Of a DNA stretch of 64,000 nucleotides, positions 1 through 11,569 are shown one piece after another; within the stretch, counting starts at the first letter, position 1, and each line of letters begins with the position of its first letter. Source of the DNA: Felis catus (taxonomy: Eukaryota). Where the stretch lies: assembly GCF_018350175.1 (NCBI RefSeq), contig NC_058368.1, positions 229,402,001 to 229,466,000 of the forward strand, read 5' to 3'. A model generated the notes under the pieces. The model was not told the DNA's origin, ran no database searches, and saw nothing but the letters and a program-made list of their open reading frames with translations. The position numbers were made by a program, and so were the translations under genes.

Positions 1-78
1 TCTCATGAACCACTGAGATCATGACCTGAGCTGAAATCAAAAGTCAGACACTTGATTGACTGAGCCATCTAGGTGTTC
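1..78 (-). mobile_element. CanSINE, 5' part (cut by window start)
   Basis: Reverse complement reads as a tRNA-like SINE head (gagatcatgacctgagctgaaatcaaaagtcagacacttgattgactgagcca). Confidence 0.85.
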
Positions 79-224
79 CAATATACTTTATACTTTTATA
101 AATGACTACATATTCAGCAAGAATTACCTTCCACAGTAATTACACTTACTCATGACTTTGGGTCATTCCTATGGAATGAATTTGCTATGATCTCTGACCA
201 AGTTTACAAGCTTATCAAGACAAA

Positions 225-355
225 TTATTATTTTTTTAATTTATTTAATTTATTATTTATTAATTTAAATTTAAATTTAATTTTAAATTTAATTTAATTT
301 ATTTAATTTATTATTTATTAATTTAAATTTAAATTTATTAATTTAATTTATTATT
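225..355. repeat. AT-only low-complexity tract with internal duplication
   Basis: Nearly 100% A/T; atttaatttattatttattaatttaaatttaaattta occurs twice (~243-279 and ~301-337). Confidence 0.85.
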
Positions 356-476
356 GTTATGTAATGTGTTACCAGGGATTCAATTGTCAGTAATTTCAAT
401 AATTTAATAGTAATATTTCAATATACAGTGACTACAGAGTAGACACTTACTTCTTATTTCACATATTATATCTCCA

Positions 477-687
477 CGGCTCCTGGGTGGTTAAGCATTG
501 GACTTTGGCTCAGGTCATGATCTCGTGGTCCATCAGTTCAAGCCCTGCATTGGGCTCTGTACTGACAGGTTGGAGCCTGGAGCCTACTTCAAATTTTGTA
601 TCTCCTTCTCTCTCTGTGCCTCCCTTGCTCACACTCTGTTGTTCTCTCTCTCTCAAAAAAGTAAATAAACATTAAATTTTTTTTCAA
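477..687 (+). mobile_element. CanSINE
   Basis: tRNA-like head, (CT)n tract, aataaa/A-tail; TSD atattata(t/c)ctcca at 463-476 and 688-701. Confidence 0.93.
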
Positions 688-1270
688 ATATTATACCTCC
701 AATTCCAGGATTTCTGTATGATTATTTTTCAAATTTGCCTTCTTTTGCTTTTTAATAATCCCTTCTTATGCAAACAACGGCTTAATTATTTTATATTGCT
801 CTATTATATCTTGTTTCTTGAGTATGAAATTCCCTCTTTTTGTTGCAAAAAAAGGCTACTTAACAACCGCAATTGTATTGCAATAAACTATTCAATGATT
901 TCGTAGTAATATCTCAATAAATATCAAAAAAACAGTGGCCAGGCAATAAACAGTATCACACATCTACTTATTTTTTAATATGTCTACAGTAAAATATATC
1001 CTTTCTAGTGTAAATTTTATAGATATTTACAAATTTATAGTATGTATTCACCATCACAATCAGAATACAGGACAATTTTATTATCCACAAAGTTCCTCCT
1101 CCCTCCACTTACATCCCCTGAAAACCATATTTGTTCTCTATCACAATAATTTTGCCTTTTTTAGGACATCATATAATTGACATTTATAATTTATAATGTT
1201 AATTCTTGATCAAAAATCAAAGGAAATTCCCCTCCTTCAAGTTGTCAAAACAATTAATAAATTATTTTTT

Positions 1271-1476
1271 ATTATTTAACTTTTTTTAGGTTTATTTATT
1301 TTTGGAGAGAGAGACAGAGACAACAAAAGTAGGGGAAGAGCAGCAAAGAGGGAGAGAATCCCAAGCAGGCTCTGCCCTGCCAGCCTACACAGGGCTCCAA
1401 CCCAGGAAGCTGTGAGATCATGACCTGAGCAGAAACTGAGTTGGAAGCTTAACCAACTGCGCCACCCAGGAGCCCC
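1271..1476 (-). mobile_element. CanSINE (older subfamily)
   Basis: T-rich tail, (GA)n tract, head ending gccacccaggagcccc; TSD aataaattatttttt at 1256-1270 and 1477-1491. Confidence 0.93.
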
Positions 1477-1506
1477 AATAAATTATTTTTTTAAATTAGC
1501 AAGTGA

Positions 1507-1725
1507 GGGGCGCCTGGGTGGCGCAGTCGGTTAAGCGTCAGACATCAGCCAGGTCACGATCTCACGGTCCGTGAGTTCGAGCCCCGCGTCAGGCTCTGGG
1601 CTGATGGCTCAGAGCCTGGAGCCTGTTTCCGATTCTGTGTCTCCCTCTCTCTCTGCCCCTCCCCCGTTCATGCTCTGTCTCTCTCTGTCCCCCAAAAACT
1701 AAATAAACGTTGAAAAAAAAATTTT
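1507..1725 (+). mobile_element. Young feliform CanSINE (SINEC_Fc-type)
   Basis: ggggcgcctgggtggcgcagtcggttaagcg head, CpGs retained; perfect TSD aaattagcaagtga at 1493-1506 and 1726-1739. Confidence 0.97.
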
Positions 1726-1868
1726 AAATTAGCAAGTGAAACTCCATAATTCCAAATGACATACCTATTCGTAAGAGTAGTTTTAATTTTTCAAACTTTT
1801 AAAAAAAGTTTTTAACATCAGATCGCCTCAAATAATAATTAAACTAAACTCCATCAAAATAGCTTTCT

Positions 1869-1885
1869 TGGCCATCTGCTGGTGA
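1869..1885 (-). promoter_or_regulatory. Predicted CTCF site 1
   Basis: Minus strand TCACCAGCAGATGGCCA matches the core CCASYAGRKGGC exactly. Confidence 0.6.
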
Positions 1886-1940
1886 AATCTCTTCACTGGA
1901 ATTGTTTCAAAGGTCTGTGTAGGAATGGAGAACACCGCCT

Positions 1941-1957
1941 TACTGCCCCCTAGTGTT
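1941..1957 (-). promoter_or_regulatory. Predicted CTCF site 2
   Basis: Minus strand AACACTAGGGGGCAGTA, one mismatch to the core. Confidence 0.55.
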
Positions 1958-2354
1958 GGAAGTCTATTGATACCCAAGCAGAGTGAAGAAAACCTGGTAG
2001 CTGCTTTTGCCTCTGTGAGGTGTTCTGCCTTCCTGCTTCTTATTTTACATCCCAGATAATTGGCAGTGGTGACATGCATCATATCTCATGACCCACGTCT
2101 CAAGAAATATATTATGTATAAATCATTGGAAGAATTCCCAGGGCATGTGGAAATAAGCTCCGCTAATTCCAATTTATTTCCCTAATGGAGAAATCATTAT
2201 CACTGGGGAAAAAAGATTAAAAAAAAAAATACAACTAGCTTTGATGACAAGATTGTATTGTCAAGATTTCCAAGTCTTGGGTATGCAGACATAATAAACT
2301 CATAGTTTTAGAAGGGTCATTAACATCCTGGACCACCAGTACCAATAGACTTTC

Positions 2355-2422
2355 TGTGTTTGTTTGGATCACCTCAGAAGCAGAATTCAAAATAGGAGTA
2401 GATGTGCAAGAATTTTATCAGC
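2355..2422. mobile_element. MLT1-type (ERVL-MaLR) LTR fragment
   Basis: Resembles the MLT1 terminus (ctcagaagcagaattcaaaataggagtagatgtgcaagaattttat). Confidence 0.45.
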
Positions 2423-2525
2423 AAAATTAATTTGCAAAGCACTTGGAATGGTGCCTGATATGTGTTGTGTTATATAATTATTCCACTGATGAATAGTTAG
2501 GTTACTTCTAAAGTTTCTCTGTCAT

Positions 2526-2640
2526 AGAGCTGTCAAATTTAACAAATAAGATTACAGGATGCCAGATAAATTAGAAACTCAGACAAACAAAGAAGAATTC
2601 TTTGTATAACTATATCTTAAGCAATTTTTTTCTGAAATTA
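2526..2640. mobile_element. MER53-like hAT DNA transposon fragment
   Basis: aacaaataagattacaggatgccagataaattagaaactcagacaaacaa resembles recalled MER53 consensus. Confidence 0.6.
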
Positions 2641-4093
2641 TAGGAACTTGTGAATGTATTAAGGATGTTACACTTGTCATGCATAAATTCTAATAAGCTC
2701 TGGAACAAGATTCTTCTAGAACAGGTTGGGTTCCAAAACATAGAGATGATTTACTGAGCCATCTCTCTCTTCATAATTTCAACTTTGATGTATATGTATT
2801 CCTTTCATACATATCCAGCTAAGAATGCTGTAAGTATTAAATACAGACAGGTTATTCTGTATAGAATTCACAATGATATTTATGTGCCAGAGAAACAAAG
2901 GAAGATCATTTTTGTCTTTAATAGTTAACATAAGGTTCTAATTTCATTCTTTTCATACTTATATGAAAATTAAAATTCAGTTATCTGTTATAATTTTAAT
3001 AACTTGCAAAATGTTTTTAAAAGGCTGAAACATTGACAGATGCCTATAATTTCACATGGTAATTTGCCTACAGTTTATCAAGCATTTCATTTTATATGGA
3101 AAATCAAAGTGCTATCAAACCGAGTTTTGATATCATTTGAAATTAAGTTTCTAACTTTAGCTTTGAATCTTGAAAGAAACTTGTAGGTCTCAATGCACAA
3201 GGAGAGCTAATTAGACATCTTGAGAGGTGAGAACCTTCACAAATGCTTCACTTTTGAAAATCCAGAAATATTTTAAGGAGGGCCATGGGAATTTCTTTCA
3301 AAACTTATGTGATAATTAGTCTCCCTAGTGTTGAAAAGAAAAGGTTTACCAGAAGGTGAAATCATATCTATACCCTATTACCTGAACCAGTCATTCCAAG
3401 GCACAGAGTCCCATTCTAAATATTTGTTTTCATTTGTATATTTGGTTGCGTGATGAGTTTTTAGTAAAATTTAATCTTGACACTAAAGATCCATGCACTT
3501 TCCTTGACTTCTCACCCTCAAATTCAACACAGTAAATATTTTCATTGACTCTGAAAAATTATAGTTGAGTAGATATATACATAGTCCACAAAATCAATAA
3601 GAATGTATCTTGTGTGTATAGCATTATACAGAGTCATGTTTCACATGTTCAATAAATTGACAATTGACAATTCTTTTGCTTGATATGTAACAATAGCAGT
3701 ACATTTAATTGAGGGCCTAATGTACTTAGACAAATTAAGTCTATGTACTTTATGCTTTAAATCTACAAAGACAATGTCTGGGATTGGTTCATCATTATGA
3801 CTCCAAGGTTCTGTACATTATCTTACAAGAATTAAAGAAATGGACTATACTCAATGAATGTACAATTATAAATCCCTACATATTTATTTCATGATTTCAA
3901 TAACCACATGAATGTATTAGAATATATGGTTTAGTACATATTCAATATATAATTTTAATTATGTATATATCATAGGCAAATATAAATATATAATTATAAT
4001 ACTATAAATACAAATTTTTATTTGGCATGTGTCTAAAGTTGTCCAAGATTCTTATTGTTTTGAGAACAATTAAACATTCAAAAACTTTTTATA

Positions 4094-4200
4094 GGGGCAC
4101 CTGGCTGGTTTAGTCAGTGGAGCATGAGGCTTGATCTCAGGGTTGTAAGTTTGAGTCCCACATTGGGTGCAGAGATTACTTAAAAATAAAATGTTTAAAA
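4094..4200 (+). mobile_element. Short tRNA-derived carnivore SINE lacking the CT tract
   Basis: ggggcacctggctggtttagtcagtggagcatg...gggtgcagagattacttaaaaataaaat. Confidence 0.85.
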
Positions 4201-4396
4201 ACTAAAAATATTTTTTTATAAAAGGTACTAATTTGTATTTATATATGTATATATGTACATTTTTATAAATATAGACTATATGTACATGTATATTATACAC
4301 ATTTAGATTACAAGCATGCATAAGAATCAACTTTTGATTATACATACAGAGATGATACCATTTTTTTCCTGGAACAAAGGATGCATATAGTGACTG

Positions 4397-5702
4397 CTTT
4401 ACTTCTTCCTTACTGATTTGGATGCCTTCTATTTCTTTTTCTTGCCTGATTACTGTAGCTAGGACTTCCAGTACTATGTTGAATAAAAATGGTGAGACTG
4501 GACATCCTTGTTCTGTTCCTGAGCCTAGGGGAAAAGCTCTCAGTTTTTCACCATTGATTATGATGTCATCTGTTTTTCACTTATAGCCTTTACCACTTTG
4601 AAGTATGTTCCCTCTAAACCTACTTTGTTGAGGGTTTTTATGATAAGTGGATGTTGTACTTTTCTGCTTCTATTGAGATAATCACATGGTTCTTATCCTT
4701 TCTCTTGTTGGTGTGATGTATGACGCTGATCGATTTGCAAATATTAAACCACCCTTGCACCCTAGGAATAAATCCCACTTGATTATGGTGAATATTTTTT
4801 AAATGTATTGTTGGGTTTGATTGGCTGATATTTTCTCAAGAATTTTTGCAGCTATGTTCGTTAGAGATATTGGCCTGTAGCTCTCTCTCTTTTTTGTAGT
4901 GTTTTTATCTGGTTTTGGTATCAGGGTAATGCTGGTCTCATAGAATGAATTTGGAAGCTCTCCTTCCTCTTCTATTTTTTGAAATAGTTTGAGAAGAATA
5001 GATAGTAACTCTTCTTTAAATGTTTGGTAGAATTTTCTTATAAAGCTGTGTGGTCCTGAACTTTTGTTTACTGGGAGTTTTTGATCACTGATTCAATTTC
5101 ATTGCTGGTACAGTCTTCAAATTTTCTATTTCTTCCTGATTCGGTTTTATGAAGTTATATGTTTCCAGGAATTTATCCATTTCTTCTAGTTTGTCCAATT
5201 TGTTGCCATGTCAGATTTCATAATATTCTCTTAAAATATTTTGTATTATTTCTGATTGTTTTTACTTGAGTCCTCTCTCTTTTTTATGAGTATGGCTAAA
5301 GTTTTATCAATTTTTTTGATCTTTCAAAGAAGCAGCTCCTGGTTTCCTTGGTCCATTCTACTATTTTGTTGTTGTTGTTGTTGTTTGTTTCTACATCATT
5401 TATTTCTGCTCTCATCTTTATCATTTCCTTCCTACTACTGGTTTTGGGTTTGGTTTGTTGTTTTTCTAACACCTTTGGGTGTAAGGTTTGGTTGTTTATT
5501 TGAGATTTTTTTTTTTTTTTTTGCCCCTTGAGGTGGACCTGGATTGCTATAAACTTCCCTCTTAGAACAGCTTTTGCTGCATTCCAAAGACTTGGGACTA
5601 TTGGGTTTCATTTCCTTTGTCTCCATGTATTTTTTTTATTTCCTCTCTGATTTTTTTTTGATTGTCCCAATCACTTTTTGGAAGCATATTATTTAACCTC
5701 CA
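4397..5702 (-). mobile_element. L1 ORF2 fragment (carnivore-type), degenerate
   Basis: Typical antisense L1 ORF2 sequence (ctaggacttccagtactatgttgaataaaaatggtgag; ggtatcagggtaatgctgg). Confidence 0.92.
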
Positions 5703-6935
5703 AGTTAAATTATGTAATTTTTTAACATAAAACATTAATATATGTGACTATTTTTGGCTAATATGATTTAATAAATATTGCTAAACTTTAACTATTGTAG
5801 GATTCCAAAATAGCTCTAGTTCTGCTATTCAACATATAATTTAATTTTCTTACTCATATAAGCAGAAACAGTAATGAGAGCTAGTGTTAAACTTTAGGTT
5901 TTCACTGGAAGGAGGATATGCAAGTGTTACATACAGGGGACATGATCACACAGATCTGTAAAGTTCAGCCTATTTTTTTTCTGCTAGCTGAGAAACAAGA
6001 GGTGATTCTCTTCTCTCAAAAAGATAGCACTATTCTTTCAACTATTCTTATTAATGTAAAGCAGAGGAAAAGAGAAAATATCCCAACCAGTTACAGCAAG
6101 AATTTGGTAGAACACACATTAGAATGTGATCACCCTTATTGGGCTCTGGTATTTCACAGCACAGTGGAAAGAAAAGTAGCCCCAGTACAGATTTGCAGTT
6201 AGTTAATAGTGCTGATACAGTTATTTTGTGCAGATCAATATAGAAGGGGAACTAGCTTTGAAAGCAGAGGAATATTGACAACATTGTATTGAATCATAAA
6301 TGTGAAAGTAAAGGAAAATCTAGAAGCTCATATTAGAAACTGTTTACATAGCCAAACCTTCCCAGAGGTTCAAACAAATCTCTGTATTCATGAAACTGTA
6401 CAGAATACAATCTGTCATGTATCCTATGTGTATGTGTGTTTGGTTATTAACTAAGAAAATTTATGTGGAGCATTCTATTGCGTGATCACTAATTCTTGCC
6501 TCAAACTGCTGTCTTTACAAAAAAGCTCTTTGGTGTAGTTACTGATATGTACCTTAATGTGCTACCCACTAACAGACAAATGCAGTCAGAACTATGATAG
6601 TTGTTGACGTGATCAGAACAAAAGCATTGGCAGGGTGTCAATCATATCCAAGATTACATCAAGTTGCAAAGTGCTGTGGTCTGTTATTCTTCTGAGTTAT
6701 TTCCCAGGCTTTATTTTTATGTCTGACTTTACCATCTATAAAAGGACTCAGTAGAATGACATTATATCTCTGTAGATTAATTTTTTCTTCTCTTGATCCT
6801 GCTGTCCACGTATTGGTTCAGTAAGCTAGTCAAAATATCAGATAGATGGTTGCATGTGAAATCTCAGAATATCTCAGTAGGCAATGCCTTATCATTTCTG
6901 ATAAGGGAATGTGTTTTTCTGAGAAACTGTCATGA

Positions 6936-7035
6936 TAGTCATTTTCAACTTTGGCTGCACTTTGAAATCATTTTGGGGAGCTTCCGTTACTCAGCTGCAG
7001 TTGTCTCCAGACCAATTGATTGCACCAGAACTGAA
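6936..7035. mobile_element. MER5A-like hAT-Charlie fragment
   Basis: ttttcaactttggctgcactttgaaatcattttggggagc resembles the MER5A end. Confidence 0.5.
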
Positions 7036-7354
7036 TTTCCCTCAGTAATTGCTGGGATTTTAACATGAAGGCATTATACAAAGAATAAGTTTAAAACATT
7101 TACTCAAACTTTTTTGCATTCCAATTTATCTGTACATTCACAAATATGTATTGCAAACCTAGTTACTATGAACTAGGGACCCAAATAGACACTAGGCATC
7201 CAATAATCAGCAAAACATCCAGAGCTCCCATCTTTTCTGTCTTGCGGTCTGTTGGGGATGGCATAGTTTTGACAAGCAAACAAACTAATAATTATAAAAT
7301 ATGGAAGAAATAAACAGAGCTCAGAGAAAAAAAAGAGAGAAAAAGGGATGGGGC

Positions 7355-7876
7355 TGTATTAGTAAGACTTAGGACTAAATGCTATAACAGAGACCTAGGT
7401 AACAATGGTTTTATAAAAAAAAAAATTTACCTACCGATGCAGAGACCTGGGTAACAATGGTTTTATAAAAAAATATTTTACCTACCAATGCTAGGTAACA
7501 ATGGTTTTATAAATAAATATTTTTAATAAGCATTCCTTTCTTACATAACAATCTAAGTAGGTGTCAACCACACATTTTCACCAACCAAGTCTCTTATCTT
7601 GTTATACCACCATCCCTGGGGGATTCACTTCATCCATATTTTCTAAAATGATACATTACCGCATCCTAATTCCAGCCTGCAGAAAGAAGACACACGTTTC
7701 TTTTGTTGGTACCACCCAGAAGCCTCAAACCACCTTCTACTTAAATCCCATGAACTAGGACTTATGTCATGACCATACGTAGAGATATAGAATTTAAGTT
7801 TTGTTCTTTCTTTTCTCTGCCCTATATGAAAGGACAATAACAAAGGTTGAAAAGATGCTAAACAATCTACCATACA
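7355..7876. mobile_element. Old MLT1-type LTR, degenerate
   Basis: Begins tgtattagtaagacttagg...gctataaca, ends ...tctaccataca (TG...CA); MaLR-like motifs. Confidence 0.5.
7389..7524 (+). repeat. ~51-bp tandem repeat, ~2.6 copies
   Basis: Unit agagacct(a/g)ggtaacaatggttttataaaa...tttacctacc(g/a)atgc. Confidence 0.92.
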
Positions 7877-7919
7877 TTTGCTGAGAGCTACTTCATTTGT
7901 TTATAGAAGAGATCTCTAA

Positions 7920-8140
7920 GGGGCGCCTGGGTGTCTCAGTTGGTTCATCATCTGACTTCAGCTCAGGTCATGATCTCACAGTTCGTGAGATCGAGCCCCG
8001 CTTCGGGCTCTGTGCTGACAGTTCAGAGCCTGGAGCCTTCTTGCAATTCTGTGTCTCCCTCTTTCTCTGCTCCTCCCCTCCTCATGCTCTGTTTCTCTTT
8101 TTCTCTCTCAAAAACAAATAAACATTAAAACAAAATTTAA
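7920..8140 (+). mobile_element. CanSINE
   Basis: Full structure; perfect 15-bp TSD agaagagatctctaa at 7905-7919 and 8141-8155. Confidence 0.96.
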
Positions 8141-8399
8141 AGAAGAGATCTCTAATGAAGTGTTTATGATAAAGTCAAAAGAATAGGAAAGACTCATGAA
8201 GTTGAAGAAGTAAGGTACACATGACCAATGCTGGAAAGAGCATGTTGTATTAAGACCCATATAACCGAAGAACACTGATGATGTAAATAGATGATATAAA
8301 ATGATGTTGCAGAGGAAAATGGGAACCGAGTTATACACATTTGTGCGTCTCATGTAATATTTCCTGAATTTTACTCAAATTCAGGAAATTCACTTGAAT

Positions 8400-9360
8400 A
8401 GGCACAAGTACATGATCTAACTCACATTTTCCAAATCTTACTCTTATGATTTGGGGGATGTGAAAGTTAAGAGGAGCAATAAAAAAAGAACAGAAACGGG
8501 AAGCTCCCATGATACTAATGGCAAGAGAGCACACTGGCTTGTTTGTATTCAAGATGCAGCAGCAGAGACGGGGAGACAACTGTCCTGTTCGGCTGGTGGT
8601 TGTGAGGCGACTACTGACAGAAACAGAAGAAATAAGAAAGGGGAGGAGTTTCTGGACCATGCCACTTGGTAGCTGGCAGTGCCATTTACTGAAATGGGGA
8701 AGAATGAGGGTAAACTTGATGGGGAAGGAAACAGGAAGTCTTCTAAAAATAGAACTCTGAGCTCCCTGTGATTTACCTGGGTCCAAATGTCAAACAGTGT
8801 ATTGGTTCTATGGTACCAGATTTGAAAGCTAAGTCTGCAGTATGCATAGAAATTTAGAGTCTATTAACATTTGTAAGCAAATTGAAGCCTTGGGGATGCA
8901 AAGCCTCAGTGAGGGTGCACAGAGAGAAGAGCTGGGGACTGGGGATCAGCTCTGAGGAACACAACATCTTACAGAAAGAGGAGAGGATGAGCCAGCAGGG
9001 CCTCAGGCCGGAAGAATCCACAGCCAGACGAACAATACAAGAAGCTTTACCTTCTTTTTGTACATCACACATAAGATTTATGAAGAGTAAAGTTCTTATA
9101 AATTCTCAGAGCCTCTGACAGTGTCTAAAGTACACTTTAAACAAAAAAGCAGGAAGAAAACAGTTTATATTTTGTAGGACAGTTCACACGTGCTATCATA
9201 ATTAATCCTCAGAGAGATAATTACTGTGCAATCACTTTACATAAAAATAAAATGAGGCTTAGAAATGACATATTGTCTTAAATTACACAAGCTAGTCAGT
9301 GCAGGGCTAAGTTTGAAGAGAGGTTGTTTTTATTCCAAAACCCTTAAATATCTACTGCAG
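8400..9360. mobile_element. Ancient L2 fragments followed by a MIR (~9190-9360)
   Basis: ggcagtgccatttactgaaatggggaagaatg (L2-like); actttacataaaaataaaatgaggcttagaaatg (MIR core-like). Confidence 0.5.
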
Positions 9361-10599
9361 GGAGGCTGAGTAAGCACTTCTTCTGTAGAAGCAGACTAAT
9401 TTGAGCCTATTGAGGGTACCTGGAAGACCGGCTAGAGTACATCATTCAAACCCATCCGGGACCGTGGAAGCTCACAGGAGATTGAGTAAACTCATAACTT
9501 CGGAAAGACCGTACTAATCAGAGTGGAGACAAAGCAGGAAAACATCATGTGCATTTATAAAATGTTTATCCAAGACATAAAATTACACCCGTAGCCTCAA
9601 ATGTTTCATATTTATGAGAAATTTCTCACTCATCTGACATAGTATATGGTAATCATATTGTAAATGCACCATTTCTCCCAATAGTAATTTGGGGACGGAA
9701 TTTGGGATTGGCCAGCATGAAGCGAGTAAAGGGATACTTATCTCTGCAGTAAATTTACCATTATGTAAGGAATCACATTTTATTTAGCGGAACTGGGAAT
9801 GCAGAATCTTAGATTATTCATTCACTTACTATTTACTTTTTATGGTATTGAAGGAAATGCTTACATTTGTGTAATTCAGGTCATGTTTTGTTTTTAATAT
9901 TTATGGATGAAGTCTGGCATTGACAACTTTTCAAAATCAGACATTTTATTTTTTGCTGTAGCCTTTAGATAGATCACTGAGTATATTTTTGGAAGCCTAT
10001 GAATATTGTTATACTAAGTATATTTTTTATAGAAAATATGTTTGGAACTGGTATCATCTTTCTTATTATGTGAACAAATCTAGCCTTAAATAGCTGTTAT
10101 TCATACTTTTTAATCATAGGAAATTTTTATATGGCTTATATTTTAGGTGTGAAAGATAGACTTCTCTCATGGTTTCTGCTTGTAAAATTTCTTTACTGGA
10201 TAAATAGTTGATATATAAGATATTCATTGACATTAATTGCTTATATAAGAATGAATTGTTTTCTTACATCACTTACCTTAAATAAACTTAACAGGTTAAG
10301 GCAGTGACAGGCTGTCAAATATATTTCTTTGTAAACCAACTATAGTTTCCCTTCCCTCTACAATCCCATGCTAAGTCAATATTCTCAATCAATAATTTCA
10401 CAAATGTGTGGGTTTTTTCAATGAACACATCTTGATGTATGAAAACCTATCAATGGCATAAAAAATTCACAAACCATTGACCAACTTCGTTTTATAGAAG
10501 TCACATCATTTTGCGTTAAAATTTATCATGCCTAAAATAACTTAGCATATTTGTACCATCATTATTTATGTATATTGTGCCTCATCTTCCTCATCCACA

Positions 10600-10750
10600 T
10601 AGCACCAGTATGGGGTGTGTAGCTGAGAGAACTGATTCCCAGAGTATTTAAGCAACTGGCCATATTTCACACAATCAGGGGTAACCAGGCAGGGAGTTGA
10701 ACCAGGCTCTCTGGCTTCAGGGTCCAGCCTCCTTCCAATATCTTCCACAG
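10600..10750. mobile_element. MIR fragment
   Basis: gagaactgattcccagagtatttaagcaactggccatatttcacac...gaaccaggctctctggcttc. Confidence 0.55.
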
Positions 10751-11342
10751 CTAGATCTGAGAAAAATAGCAGATGTTGACTTTTCTAGAAAATCGTTTTA
10801 TTCCCCTTATGTGATATGTAAAACAAATTCTTCTAAATGAATATTTTCTGCCTTCACCACAGGTTAGGCATGGTGATATTTAATATTTGACAAATAGTGT
10901 TTCTCAAGTTTCCTTAGCAATAATAAATTTTAAACAACTTCTTTTTTTAGTACAGAAGGCTAGCACATTTTCAGTGCCACCAAAGTAAAAGAAAATGAAG
11001 TATTGTGATTTTTTGGTCCTGGAATAAAAGCAATTGATTTTCAAGCATTTCTACAAAAGTTTCTTAAGGTCTCATTTTTTTCCATAAGTGTTGGACACAG
11101 AGCCCTGAAAGAAGTAAGTTTGGGCCAAACTAGAGGGAAGAGAAGAGTTGAGGGGGGCAAGATGTCACCACAGCAAAAGAACTGGATTAAATCCATAGCA
11201 AGGGATTGGCAATCTAAACCGAGTCTATTTTCAGCTCCATTCCTGGTCATTTGCACTGGTTCTCTTCACTGTTGGGCCATGAGTCCAGCAGTCTTGTTAT
11301 TGGAGAAATCACTAAGGCAAATGAGAATCTAAATCTCTTTTA

Positions 11343-11453
11343 TGGTGAGCACAGCATAATGCATAGACTTGTCCAATTGCTATGTCATACACCAGAAGCT
11401 AATTTAACATTGTATGTCAACTATACTTAAATAAAATAAATAAAATAAAATAG
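11343..11453 (+). mobile_element. 5'-truncated L1 3' end (~110 bp)
   Basis: L1 3'UTR end (acattgtatgtcaactatac) plus A-tail; TSD taaatctctttta at 11330-11342 and 11454-11466. Confidence 0.88.
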
Positions 11454-11569
11454 TAAATCTCTTTTACTGACAGGGAAGTACAAACATTGCTCTCAGTAAT
11501 TGACTTGATTTGCTAGTGAGATGAGGAGACTCTGAAGGTGGAAGTGGACTCTGTCCACTATTATTTCGG

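Noticed and set aside
487..675. Recurrent ORFs such as 'AQVMISRFVSSSPALGS' and 'GQRETEHERGRGRERGRHR' throughout the window
   Set aside because: Translations of CanSINE sequence, not a gene family.
3160..3232. Exon-like segment (ttag|...gagag|gtgaga) reading LVGLNAQGELIRHLE
   Set aside because: Stops in all three frames from the better acceptor; peptide not recognised.
4094..4170. tRNA-like sequence
   Set aside because: Degenerate SINE head with an A-rich tail, not a foldable tRNA gene; the same applies to all SINE heads here.
7389..7524. CRISPR-like repeat array
   Set aside because: Eukaryotic context, no unique spacers; simple tandem duplication.
8331..9118. Cluster of overlapping 72-151-aa ORFs
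   Set aside because: Overlie decayed L2-like sequence; no recognisable homology.
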